Shown here one piece after another: positions 8,879-17,435 of a stretch of DNA of 32,000 nucleotides. Below the pieces are notes generated by a model that made no database searches, had not been told where the DNA came from, and worked only from the letters and a program-made list of their open reading frames with translations. Positions within the stretch are counted from its first letter, which is position 1, and each line of letters starts with the position of its first letter. Source of the stretch: Halalkalibacterium halodurans (GTDB lineage: Bacteria > Bacillota > Bacilli > Bacillales > Bacillaceae_D); contig NZ_SNUY01000020.1 in NCBI RefSeq assembly GCF_004376175.1, positions 25,476 through 57,475 of the forward strand, written 5' to 3'. The position numbers and the translations under genes were made by a program.

Positions 8879-8909
8879 AAGCACCCGTCATTAGTAGATA
8901 CGGGTGCTT
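8879..8909. terminator. Bidirectional terminator AAGCACCCGT-N11-ACGGGTGCTT
   Basis: It is a 10-bp perfect stem. The minus-strand version is followed directly by TTTCGATTT and serves the rhodanese gene. The plus-strand version serves the 42-aa ORF. Confidence 0.75.
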
Positions 8910-8914
8910 CCAGC

Positions 8915-9286
8915 TTATTTTTTATAAAGTTCATGGACATCTTTCACAAACCATTCAAGACCGGATGTCACCTCTCCAGTCCACTCAAGCATACCACCAG
9001 CATAGTTTTTCACATCACGGAAGCCTTGATCTTTTAAATAGAGCGCTACATTTTGGCTTCGGCTCCCGCTGCGGCAGACGAAGATGTAGGACTTTTCCTT
9101 ATCCATTTCCGCAACGACGGCTGGGATGGACGACATCGGTAACAGCGGAAGTCCTGGAATATGTCCCGCCTCATACTCTTCTGGCTCACGGACATCGACG
9201 ACAATCGTCTCATCGCCCTTTTCATTTAATAAAGCAGCTAGTTCAGTTTCCTCTACTTGTTCAATCCCATCTAATTCAAAAGCCAT
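8915..9286 (-). CDS. Single-domain rhodanese-like sulfurtransferase
   Basis: The active-site loop CRSGSRS and the rhodanese pattern VVDVREPEEYEAGHIPG are present. RBS GAGGTGA lies 7 nt upstream. Confidence 0.9.
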   Translation of the reverse strand: MAFELDGIEQVEETELAALLNEKGDETIVVDVREPEEYEAGHIPGLPLLPMSSIPAVVAEMDKEKSYIFVCRSGSRSQNVALYLKDQGFRDVKNYAGGMLEWTGEVTSGLEWFVKDVHELYKK

Positions 9287-9325
9287 CTCTTAATCACCTC
9301 AATTGTTATCATACCAAAAAAACGT

Positions 9326-10450
9326 CTACTCTACAGGCTGCTTACGCAATTTCCATAATCGGTACGAATGGGTCACAATCACTTTGCCGACGGCGTAAGT
9401 TGGAACGGCCAATAGCATTCCGACCACTCCTGCAAAGCGGCCTGCCACAAGGAGAATGAAAATAATCGTAATCGGATGAATCGCTAACTTTTTCCCCATG
9501 ACTTGCGGAGAAATAAGATTGCTCTCGATTTGCTGAATCACCACGACCACAATTACGACAATGAGCGCGGTGAGCGGTGAGTCGATAAAGGCCACAATGA
9601 CCGCTGGAAATGTTCCAATCCACGGGCCAACGAATGGAATCACATTCGTAAACATGGCAACAAGGGCTAAAATCAACGCATAATCCAGACCAATAATTAA
9701 ATAAGCAATATAGCAGAGAATACCTACACAAAAGCTGACGATAATCTGCCCTTGAATGTAAGAGCTTAACATTTTATCCATATCGGCTAAGATAAGTCGA
9801 CCTTCGTGCTGCTGCTTCTTGTTGAAAAGCTTCAACAATTGAACGGGCAGCTTTTCCCCTTCTTTTAGCAAGTAGAACAAAATAAATGGGACGAGGACAA
9901 GGATGATAAAAAAGTTCGCAAGTGCCCCAATAAAGCCTGTAATATTGGCACCAATCGTTCCAATAATATCATTTAAAGAATTGACGAAGCGTGAAATCAT
10001 CTCCTCAGGCTGGAACGTTTCACTTTCTTGGAATCGATTAAACAGCTCATTCGACTGTAAGGCTATAAACGTATCCCGTACTTGATTGATCAACGTAGGC
10101 AAATTATTATACAAACTTTGGAACTGTCTCTGTAGCTCTGGTCCGACAATTAACGAAAAGGCCGTGAATGCTCCAATAATCATTAAAAAGAGAATCAAGA
10201 TCGACAGCCCTCGGTTCAGTTTTTTCGACAATAGCCCTACGATCGGACGGAATAAATAGTATAGAATTCCGGCAATAATGACTGGCGCAAATAGTGTTTG
10301 AACGAATACGACAATTGGACGGAAAATCCAATCAACAAGCGAGCCTAAATAAATAATGAGTAAAACAAGTACGATTCCATAACCGAATCGAAACCACTTC
10401 CCCTGGGGCATATGTACTCGATTCCTTTCAGCGTTTTTTTCAATTTCCAT
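9326..10450 (-). CDS. AI-2E family transporter (PerM/UPF0118)
   Basis: It is a multi-TM protein with the family's conserved C-terminal region (NVIPFVGPWIG...PLTALIVVIVVVVIQQIESNLISPQVMGKKLAIHP). The start is ambiguous: ATG 10450 has no RBS, and ATG 10411 has AAAGGA 11 nt upstream. Confidence 0.85.
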   Translation of the reverse strand: MEIEKNAERNRVHMPQGKWFRFGYGIVLVLLIIYLGSLVDWIFRPIVVFVQTLFAPVIIAGILYYLFRPIVGLLSKKLNRGLSILILFLMIIGAFTAFSLIVGPELQRQFQSLYNNLPTLINQVRDTFIALQSNELFNRFQESETFQPEEMISRFVNSLNDIIGTIGANITGFIGALANFFIILVLVPFILFYLLKEGEKLPVQLLKLFNKKQQHEGRLILADMDKMLSSYIQGQIIVSFCVGILCYIAYLIIGLDYALILALVAMFTNVIPFVGPWIGTFPAVIVAFIDSPLTALIVVIVVVVIQQIESNLISPQVMGKKLAIHPITIIFILLVAGRFAGVVGMLLAVPTYAVGKVIVTHSYRLWKLRKQPVE

Positions 10451-10609
10451 GCCATTACATTATACCATGCTTTCCAGTTTCTTCGAAAGAGAAACGGAAA
10501 AGCGCAGCAATTGACCCAAAGCACCGGAGTGAAAGAACAAACCGATAAGTTTGTGAACCGATGATGATTGGCAAGCTTTTAAAGGAGAAAAGATTCTCAG
10601 TTGTTGTAC

Positions 10610-10637
10610 AAAAAAACGGTCCGACTATGTCAGACCG
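10610..10637 (-). terminator. Intrinsic terminator of the LacI-family gene
   Basis: On the minus strand CGGTCTGAC-ATAG-TCGGACCG is followed by TTTTTTT, directly after the stop at 10645. Confidence 0.8.
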
Positions 10638-10644
10638 CTTGAAC

Positions 10645-11679
10645 TTATGATTTTAGTAGACGCCGGCACGTTTGCCGTTTAATGAGCTTATGAGGAATAA
10701 TAATTTGTGCTGGCGGTCGCTCTGGATCTTTCATTTTCTCGATCAAGCATTCGGTCGCTTGAAAGCCTAAGTCAAAAATATGAATATCCACTGTCGTAAG
10801 AGACGGAGAAGACAGTTCAGAAATCATTGCATTGTTAAAGCTAATGATCGACATTTCCTCCGGTACTGAAACATCCATTTCGTCTAACATGCGCAAGACA
10901 CCTAATGCCATTAAATCGTCAGCCACGATTAAGGCCGTCGGTGGCTCTTCAAGGGACATTAGCTCAATGACCGCTTCTTGTCCCCCTTCTTCAACCTCAT
11001 CATAGTAGACAACATACTCCTCGCGAAACGGGATTCCTGCGTTGGCAAGTGCACGCTGATACCCTTCCTTGTGGTCAATCGTCACCGTGTATTCAAGATT
11101 CCCACCAATGAATCCAATTTTTCGATGGCCGAGTAATAGGATGTACTCTGTTACCATTTTGGCTGCTTTCACATTGTCATTATTCACGAACGAAACGAGT
11201 TCCTTAAGCTGATCGTCGTACGGTCGACCGACTAGGACAAAAGGAAAATCTTCTTCAATTAAATATGGCATCACTTTGTCATCTTGTTTCGCATACAACA
11301 AAAGAATTCCATCCACCCTGCGACTCTGCACCATCTCTTTTACTTCTGCAAGCAGTTCCTCTTCCGTCTGCCCTGTGGATAAGTACAAGCCATACTTTTC
11401 AACATACGCCTTCGTCGTGATCCCGCGAATGACTTCAGGAAAAAATGGGTTCTGAAACGCAATTCTCGCAGAGCTCGGAATGATGATCCCTAACGTTTTT
11501 GTACTTTGGTTCACGAGACTCCGAGCATTGTAATTCGGATAATATCCGAGTTGCTCCATCGCTTCACGGACGCGCTCCTTTGTTCGTTGGCTAATTCTCG
11601 GATTGTTGGCAATGACTCGTGATACCGTTGACGGTGCAACCTTTGCCAGTTTTGCCACATCTTTAATTGTTACCGCCAT
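10645..11679 (-). CDS. LacI-family transcriptional regulator (maltose/maltodextrin repressor-like)
   Basis: The N-terminal HTH is MAVTIKDVAKLAKVAPSTVSRVIAN, followed by a periplasmic-binding-protein-like sugar domain. GGAGGGG lies 7 nt before ATG 11679. It is the last gene of the mal-type ABC operon. Confidence 0.9.
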   Translation of the reverse strand: MAVTIKDVAKLAKVAPSTVSRVIANNPRISQRTKERVREAMEQLGYYPNYNARSLVNQSTKTLGIIIPSSARIAFQNPFFPEVIRGITTKAYVEKYGLYLSTGQTEEELLAEVKEMVQSRRVDGILLLYAKQDDKVMPYLIEEDFPFVLVGRPYDDQLKELVSFVNNDNVKAAKMVTEYILLLGHRKIGFIGGNLEYTVTIDHKEGYQRALANAGIPFREEYVVYYDEVEEGGQEAVIELMSLEEPPTALIVADDLMALGVLRMLDEMDVSVPEEMSIISFNNAMISELSSPSLTTVDIHIFDLGFQATECLIEKMKDPERPPAQIIIPHKLIKRQTCRRLLKS

Positions 11680-11792
11680 CGGTATCCCCTCCGATCGTAA
11701 AAATTTGTATGAACAATCGTTTTTTATTGTAAACGATTTTTTCACAAAAGACGATAGACTTTCTTTTTTATTTAAAGAAAGGGGTTCCTAAT

Positions 11793-12635
11793 TTAACCTT
11801 TCGTAGCACCAGTCGTTAACCCGCTAATCAAATAGCGCTGCAAGAACAAGAAAACAGTTGCAATCGGAATGGCAATTAAAATTGCTCCTGCCGCAAACCT
11901 AGTAAAGTTGTTGGCAAACTGATCGTTCACAAAGTTGAATAACCCTAAAGCGAGCGTATAATTCTCGGGGCTTCGTAAAATAATTCGTGGCAAAATAAAA
12001 TCCATGAAAGGCGACATAAAATTAAACAGTGCCACGACGGCTAAAATGGGCTTTGCCAGTGGTAGCATAATCGTAAAGAAAATACGGAAATGGCCAGCAC
12101 CATCCAATTTCGCTGATTCGTCTAATTCGCGAGGAATCGTATCAAAGTAGCCTTTTACGAGAAACGCATTCATCGGAATGGAGGTTCCTACATAAATAAG
12201 GATAAGCCCAAGAAGCGTATCAAGCAAATTCACCGTGTTTAACAAAATATACAAGGCGACCATCGCCATTAAAACAGGGAACATTTGCAGCAATAAAAAG
12301 CCGTACAGGCCATATGTTCTTCCGACAAAACGATAACGTGAAAACGCATAGGCTGTTAAAGCAACAAGGAACGTTGAACAAACAGAGGTTACACTCGCGA
12401 CGATGAGCGTATTTTTATACCATTGCAAATAGTTGCTTCGTGGATCGAAGAACAACCATTCATAATGGCGAAACGAAATCGTCTCTGGGATCATCCGTGA
12501 CGAGAATAAACTTGTCCCGGGATTCAACGACAACCCGACCGTCCAAAGAAGGGGATAAAGAATGACGATACCCATGACGAGTAAAAACAAATAAATCGCT
12601 GTCACTTCGAGTCGTGATTTTACTTTTTTATTCAT
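11793..12635 (-). CDS. Sugar ABC transporter permease (MalG/MdxG-like)
   Basis: It has six TM segments and an EAA loop (ESAKLDGAGHFRIFFTIMLPLAKP). Its start overlaps the upstream permease stop (TAATG). Confidence 0.9.
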   Translation of the reverse strand: MNKKVKSRLEVTAIYLFLLVMGIVILYPLLWTVGLSLNPGTSLFSSRMIPETISFRHYEWLFFDPRSNYLQWYKNTLIVASVTSVCSTFLVALTAYAFSRYRFVGRTYGLYGFLLLQMFPVLMAMVALYILLNTVNLLDTLLGLILIYVGTSIPMNAFLVKGYFDTIPRELDESAKLDGAGHFRIFFTIMLPLAKPILAVVALFNFMSPFMDFILPRIILRSPENYTLALGLFNFVNDQFANNFTRFAAGAILIAIPIATVFLFLQRYLISGLTTGATKG

Positions 12636-13927
12636 TAGATACTCCCCTCCTCTTTAAAGGAACGACTGCGACGGAACTGGAACAAAGCGAAGCCGGCAAC
12701 AATTAAACCGATAATAATCGAAATGGCTGCCGCCATACTGTACTGTGAGTTTTCAAATGTGAGACTGTACACCCACGAAATTAGAATATCGGTTCCGCCT
12801 GCATTTTGCCCGCGAATCGGCGGTCCCCCTTGGTTAAAAAGATAAATGATCGTAAAGTTGTTAAAGTTTCCTGCATACTGCATGATGAGTAGCGGCGCGG
12901 TCGCAAACAAAATATGTGGCATCGTAATGTGACGAAATTTTTGCAGTCGATTGGCTCCATCCATATCTGCCGCTTCGTACCAGTCGCTTGAAATGCTTTG
13001 AAGAACCCCCGTAAATAAGGCAAAAACAAATGGAAAGCCTAGCCAAGTTTGAATCATGATTAACGCGAACCGGGACCAGAATGGATCAGTTAACCATGGA
13101 GCCCCTTGGCCAAACAAAGGAATGAGAATATCTCGGTTAATAGCACCGAAATTGTCATTAAACATCGCAGAGAAAATCAAAATCGTCACAAAAGCCGGTA
13201 CGGCCCACGGTAAAATTAGAATCGTGCGAATGAATTTTTTAAACTTAATCCGCGGATCATTGACCATCATCGCTAAAAATAACCCGAGCGCAATTTGACA
13301 TGACGTGGCGACAAACGTCCAAATTAACGTCCAGGAAAAGACGCTAAAAAACGTTTCGCGCCAAATCGGTACTGTTACGAGCTGAACAAAGTTGTCAAAT
13401 CCAACCCAATCAAGTAAATTGCGGGGCGGGGCATTATACAAATTGTAGTTCGTAAAAGCAAGTCCGAGCATAAACAACAGAGGAAAGACAACAGTAAAGA
13501 TTAAAAAGATGAGTCCCGGCCCGATAAGCATATAAGGGAATCCTTTATCCCATGCTTGCTGAAAGCTTTCTCGAAGCGGAGGAATTCTCCAGCCTTGTTG
13601 AATTCTCTTTGCATCCTTATATGCATCACGTAAATTTAGAAGATAAAAGCCAACGGCAAAAACGGTAAGAATGAGCGCCATGATTCCTTGGGCGAGTAAC
13701 ATCCGTGAGTCATCGACTCTCTCTAACGTCCCTAGCGTCATAATCCCCCAATAGCCAATATTTAAAAAGTCATGAAAGACGATGATAAAGGCAGCAAAGA
13801 GAATGAAAAAGACCGACCCTTTTAAATAACGCTTATTGTACAATTGTCCCAATCCAGGAATGATCGACAGTAAAAGCGCGAGTTTTGGGTTCGTTGTCGC
13901 TGCTTTCTCCCTTACCTCTTTTTCCAT
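12635..13927 (-). CDS. Sugar ABC transporter permease (MalF/MdxF-like) with N-terminal extension
   Basis: The EAA loop is EAADMDGANRLQKFRHITMP. AGAGGAGG lies 7 nt before ATG 13927 (MEKEVRE). Confidence 0.9.
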   Translation of the reverse strand: MEKEVREKAATTNPKLALLLSIIPGLGQLYNKRYLKGSVFFILFAAFIIVFHDFLNIGYWGIMTLGTLERVDDSRMLLAQGIMALILTVFAVGFYLLNLRDAYKDAKRIQQGWRIPPLRESFQQAWDKGFPYMLIGPGLIFLIFTVVFPLLFMLGLAFTNYNLYNAPPRNLLDWVGFDNFVQLVTVPIWRETFFSVFSWTLIWTFVATSCQIALGLFLAMMVNDPRIKFKKFIRTILILPWAVPAFVTILIFSAMFNDNFGAINRDILIPLFGQGAPWLTDPFWSRFALIMIQTWLGFPFVFALFTGVLQSISSDWYEAADMDGANRLQKFRHITMPHILFATAPLLIMQYAGNFNNFTIIYLFNQGGPPIRGQNAGGTDILISWVYSLTFENSQYSMAAAISIIIGLIVAGFALFQFRRSRSFKEEGSI

Positions 13928-14020
13928 TTTTGTTCCTCCTCTACATGCGATGACCTCGTTCACCGCCTACACTCTATCAGAAGGATGGAGAGCGGTTAAC
14001 TCTCCATCCAATCACTTGAA

Positions 14021-15310
14021 TTAACTTTCTTGAAGGGTGATCTTATCAGCAATTTGTTGAACCGCTTCTTCTAAAACTTCTGCCGGATCCTCCCCTTGTG
14101 AAATGAACTCAAATGCATCCTCCATTGGTTCCCATACAGATGACATGGCTGGGATGTTCGGCATCGGCACTGCGTATTCAGATTGCTCTAAAATCGGTTG
14201 ACGCAGTTCATCATCAATCTCCACATCTGTACGAGCTGGCAACTCACCTGCTACTTCAAAGTACGTAAGTGAGTTTTCAGGGTTTGTAATAAATAACGCT
14301 AAGTCTGTTGCCCAATATTGATTCGCGCTGTATTCGTTCACTAACCAACCTTTTACGCCTGAAAATGAAGCAGGATTTTTGCCGTTGATTTTAGGAAGAG
14401 GAGCAACGGCTAGATTGTCGCCAAGAGCCTCTGAAAATTCCGGAATGCTCCATGGACCCGTGATGACGGCTCCCACTTGTCCATCGCGGAAATAGCCGCT
14501 CATAATATCACCGTTAATCCCTACTGGTAAGTAACCTTCTTCAAACCATGATTGAATTAAACTTGCTCCTTCAATCGCACCTTCGTTGGCAAGGCCGATG
14601 CTTGCCGAATCATACACGCCTTCCGCATCTTGCTCAAACACGTAGCCTCCATGCGCTTCAAGGAATGGGTAAAGGTAATAGAAATTAGTCGCTTCCATTA
14701 AAAATCCGTACTCGTCCGCGCTAGCATTCGTAAGCTCTGCTGCGATTTGTTCCATTTCCTCAAATGTTTCAGGTGCTTCTGGAACAAGCTCAGTGTTATA
14801 GAATAACGCGTAGGTTTCAATAACAGCCGGTATCCCTAGCTGGGCTCCTTCGTAGTTTAAAGCATCAATTGCACCTTCTGGATATCCTTCAAGTTGTTCT
14901 GGCGTTAACTCTAGCTCGGCCGCCAACCCTTGTAAGTAAATATCCCCCATCCGATCGTTCGGCTGGAAGAATAGATCAGGCCCACCACCAGCTGCTGCAT
15001 CTAAAGAAAGGGCATCCAATTGATCAAGCATGGAAAATGGGGTAATCTCAACCGCAATGCCTGTCTCTTCTTCATATTTCTCAACAATTTGTTCATATGC
15101 ACTTAATTGTGCATCTTCATCATTGACCCACATTGTTAATGTATCTGGCTTCTCTGGTGCTGTCCCTTCTCCCCCATCTTCACCAGCTGACGCTCCGCTC
15201 TCACTTGCTGAACCATTTCCTTCATCACGATCAGGACCACACGCAGCAAGCAATGCCGATAACGCAAGAACTAAAACAGTAAGCCACAAAAATGATTTTG
15301 TTCTCTTCAT
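14021..15310 (-). CDS. Maltodextrin/cyclodextrin-binding lipoprotein (MalE/MdxE/CycB-like)
   Basis: The signal peptide plus lipobox is MKRTKSFLWLTVLVLALSALLAAC, followed by an acidic linker and an SBP family-1 body. The track's 45-aa N-terminal extension runs through the promoter region. Confidence 0.9.
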   Translation of the reverse strand: MKRTKSFLWLTVLVLALSALLAACGPDRDEGNGSASESGASAGEDGGEGTAPEKPDTLTMWVNDEDAQLSAYEQIVEKYEEETGIAVEITPFSMLDQLDALSLDAAAGGGPDLFFQPNDRMGDIYLQGLAAELELTPEQLEGYPEGAIDALNYEGAQLGIPAVIETYALFYNTELVPEAPETFEEMEQIAAELTNASADEYGFLMEATNFYYLYPFLEAHGGYVFEQDAEGVYDSASIGLANEGAIEGASLIQSWFEEGYLPVGINGDIMSGYFRDGQVGAVITGPWSIPEFSEALGDNLAVAPLPKINGKNPASFSGVKGWLVNEYSANQYWATDLALFITNPENSLTYFEVAGELPARTDVEIDDELRQPILEQSEYAVPMPNIPAMSSVWEPMEDAFEFISQGEDPAEVLEEAVQQIADKITLQES

Positions 15311-15380
15311 TTCGTTTTTCCCCCTTAAACGTAATTTTCTCTGCAAGGCCGAAAACTCACCTTGCAGCAGCGCAATTTTA

Positions 15381-15396
15381 GGAAATCGTTTGCACA
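15381..15396. promoter_or_regulatory. Imperfect LacI-type operator-like site GGAAATCGTTTGCACA in the 5' leader of the ABC operon
   Basis: It shares the AAnCGTTTG core with the two sites at 15514 and 15580. It lies between the putative minus-strand promoter and the binding-protein start. Confidence 0.35.
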
Positions 15397-15443
15397 ACCT
15401 ACGAGAAAAAATGAAACCGGTTGCAATAACCACTTCCAACGCC

Positions 15444-15472
15444 ATTATATTACGTTATCATGAGGAATACAA
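15444..15472 (-). promoter_or_regulatory. Putative sigma-A promoter for the ABC operon (TTGTAT-17-TATAAT)
   Basis: The hexamers were read on the minus strand: -10 is the complement of 15444-15449, and -35 is the complement of 15467-15472. Confidence 0.4.
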
Positions 15473-15513
15473 CTATTTTTTCTGTCACATAGAAATCTAT
15501 TAACCTATCATTC

Positions 15514-15528
15514 GACAAACGTTTGCAC
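15514..15528. promoter_or_regulatory. LacI-type operator-like palindrome GACAAACGTTTGCAC (perfect 10-bp core CAAACGTTTG)
   Basis: The palindrome was read directly. It lies immediately upstream of, and touching, the TTGACA -35 of the amylase promoter. Confidence 0.5.
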
Positions 15529-15535
15529 ATTTCTC

Positions 15536-15564
15536 TTGACATTCCTATCCTCATCTCCTAGGCT
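15536..15564 (+). promoter_or_regulatory. Putative sigma-A promoter for the neopullulanase gene (TTGACA-17-TAGGCT)
   Basis: The -35 is perfect and the -10 is weak. It is flanked by the two palindromic operator-like sites. Confidence 0.35.
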
Positions 15565-15579
15565 GAAAAGTATAAAGAC

Positions 15580-15593
15580 TGTAAACGTTTAAG
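15580..15593. promoter_or_regulatory. LacI/CcpA-type operator-like palindrome TGTAAACGTTTAAG (perfect 10-bp core TAAACGTTTA)
   Basis: Read directly. It lies downstream of the putative promoter and 39 nt before the amylase start codon. Confidence 0.5.
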
Positions 15594-15631
15594 CAAGCTT
15601 GTAATCTCATATGGAAGGGAGTTAGTTACGA

Positions 15632-17368
15632 TTGAAAGCTACAATCTATCATCGACCAAAAAGTGAAGACGCTTATGCTTATGATAAAAGCACGATGCAC
15701 ATTCGTCTTCGCACAGGTAAGAATTACGTGCAAAAAGTGAACCTGATTTATGGCGATCCTTATGACTGGGTAAAAAAACAATGGGTAACCTCTAAAAAAG
15801 AGATGACTCCAACAGGATCTGATGCACAGCATGATTTCTGGTTCGTAGAGGTAACTCCTCCTTATCGACGGTTGCGTTATGGCTTCGAAATCATAACAAA
15901 AACTGAAACGATCTACTATGGAGAAAGTGGGTTTCTCGATACACCATCAAAAGATACGAGCGATTATTTCTGCTTTCCATTTATGAATTCAGCTGATTTG
16001 TTTTCACCACCTGAGTGGGTAAAAGACACTGTATGGTATCAAATTTTCCCCGAACGCTTTGCAAATGGGGATCCGAGCCGTAATCCTGAAGGTACCTTAC
16101 CGTGGGGAAGCGCTGCGCCAACTCCAACCAACCATTTCGGTGGAGACCTTCAAGGAATCATCGATCATCTCGATTACTTGCAAGAGTTAGGGATTAATGG
16201 AATCTATTTAACACCGATCTTTGAAGCGTTTTCTAATCATAAATACGACACGATTGATTATGTAAAAGTGGACCCTCACTTTGGTAATAAAGCAACGTTT
16301 AAACGTCTTGTAGATGAGTGCCACAAACGGGGAATTCGCATCATGCTTGATGCCGTTTTCAATCATGCCGGCTTCTACTTCCCACCGTTTCAAGATGTGC
16401 TCAAAAACCAGCAGCACTCAAAATATCGTGATTGGTTTCATTTGCGTGACTTTCCTGTTCGTGCGGAAGAGCCGCCAAACTACGATACGTTTGCCTTCAC
16501 GCCATTTATGCCAAAGTTCAATACAGAAAACGAGAAAGTGAGAGAATACTTGCTGAATGTGGCAACGTATTGGATCAAAGAGTTTGACATTGACGGCTGG
16601 CGGTTAGACGTAGCTAATGAAGTCGACCATGCCTTCTGGCGAGAATTTCGTAAAAGAGTTAAAGCATTAAAGCCTGACTTATACATCCTTGGTGAAGTAT
16701 GGCACAACTCCCTTCCTTGGCTTGCCGGCGATCAATTTGATGCAGTCATGAATTATCCACTGACTAATGCGATCATCGATTTTGCCGGGAAACAAAAGAT
16801 AGGTAAACAGCAATTCGAGCATGTCATAACCCAATTGATGCACATGTACCCAATTCACGTCCAACAAGTAGCCTTTAATTTGCTCGGTAGTCATGATACC
16901 CCGCGAATATTGACGCAAACGAACCACGATGTGGCCCGTGTTAAACTTCAGTTTCTCTTGCTCTTTTCGCAGCGCGGAACACCGTGTATTTATTACGGAG
17001 ATGAGATTGGCATGACCGGTGAGCAAGATCCTGGATGTCGTAAATGCATGATTTGGGAGGAAGAAGAACAAAATCAAGAGTTACTCTCCTTTGTCAAAAG
17101 TCTCATTCAACTTCGCAAGCAAGAGAAAGCTTTCGGAACCGAAGGGGATTTGACGTTTGTGGAGAATGATTCTTCTCTTCTCATCTATCAAAAGACATAC
17201 GAAAATCAACAGCTCTTGTTTGTCATCAATTCCACAGATCAACCAGACAGCGTACAGTTACCTGTCAGCTGGACAAATCGTGACGCAAATGACTTGCTAA
17301 CAGGTGAAACTCTCTCGCTCACAACAGAAATTGGCATTCCGGCTAAATCCGCGATGGTTCTTAAATAG
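15632..17368 (+). CDS. GH13 neopullulanase / cyclomaltodextrinase / maltogenic amylase
   Basis: All four GH13 regions are present: DAVFNH, GWRLDVANE, GEVWH and LLGSHD. The N-domain typical of the CDase subfamily is present (ATIYHRPKSEDAYAYD...LIYGDPYDW). TTG start. Confidence 0.95.
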   Translation: MKATIYHRPKSEDAYAYDKSTMHIRLRTGKNYVQKVNLIYGDPYDWVKKQWVTSKKEMTPTGSDAQHDFWFVEVTPPYRRLRYGFEIITKTETIYYGESGFLDTPSKDTSDYFCFPFMNSADLFSPPEWVKDTVWYQIFPERFANGDPSRNPEGTLPWGSAAPTPTNHFGGDLQGIIDHLDYLQELGINGIYLTPIFEAFSNHKYDTIDYVKVDPHFGNKATFKRLVDECHKRGIRIMLDAVFNHAGFYFPPFQDVLKNQQHSKYRDWFHLRDFPVRAEEPPNYDTFAFTPFMPKFNTENEKVREYLLNVATYWIKEFDIDGWRLDVANEVDHAFWREFRKRVKALKPDLYILGEVWHNSLPWLAGDQFDAVMNYPLTNAIIDFAGKQKIGKQQFEHVITQLMHMYPIHVQQVAFNLLGSHDTPRILTQTNHDVARVKLQFLLLFSQRGTPCIYYGDEIGMTGEQDPGCRKCMIWEEEEQNQELLSFVKSLIQLRKQEKAFGTEGDLTFVENDSSLLIYQKTYENQQLLFVINSTDQPDSVQLPVSWTNRDANDLLTGETLSLTTEIGIPAKSAMVLK

Positions 17369-17381
17369 GTCTTTAGAATAG

Positions 17382-17424
17382 AACAACACACCACTTGAAA
17401 GTTCAATAAAGTGGTGTGTTGTTT
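17382..17424. terminator. Hairpin AACAACACACCAC-N16-GTGGTGTGTTGTT shared by convergent genes
   Basis: It is a 13-bp perfect stem, located between the stop at 17368 (+) and the stop at 17436 (-). Confidence 0.65.
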
Positions 17425-17435
17425 GCAATGAAAGA

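Noticed and set aside
8797-9459. A 220-aa plus-strand ORF spanning the rhodanese gene and the 3' end of the AI-2E gene.
   Set aside because: It lies entirely antisense to two well-supported genes and crosses a terminator. It has no RBS. Its composition is Arg/Ser/His/Pro/Gln-rich and low in complexity, which is typical of a shadow frame.
15580-15595. A canonical CcpA cre box at TGTAAACGTTTAAGCA.
   Set aside because: It matches only 12 of 14 positions of TGWAANCGNTNWCA, because the right half is AAG instead of WCA. The AAACGTTT core recurs at two other sites in the same region, which fits the local LacI-family regulator better. CcpA input is kept only as a secondary possibility.
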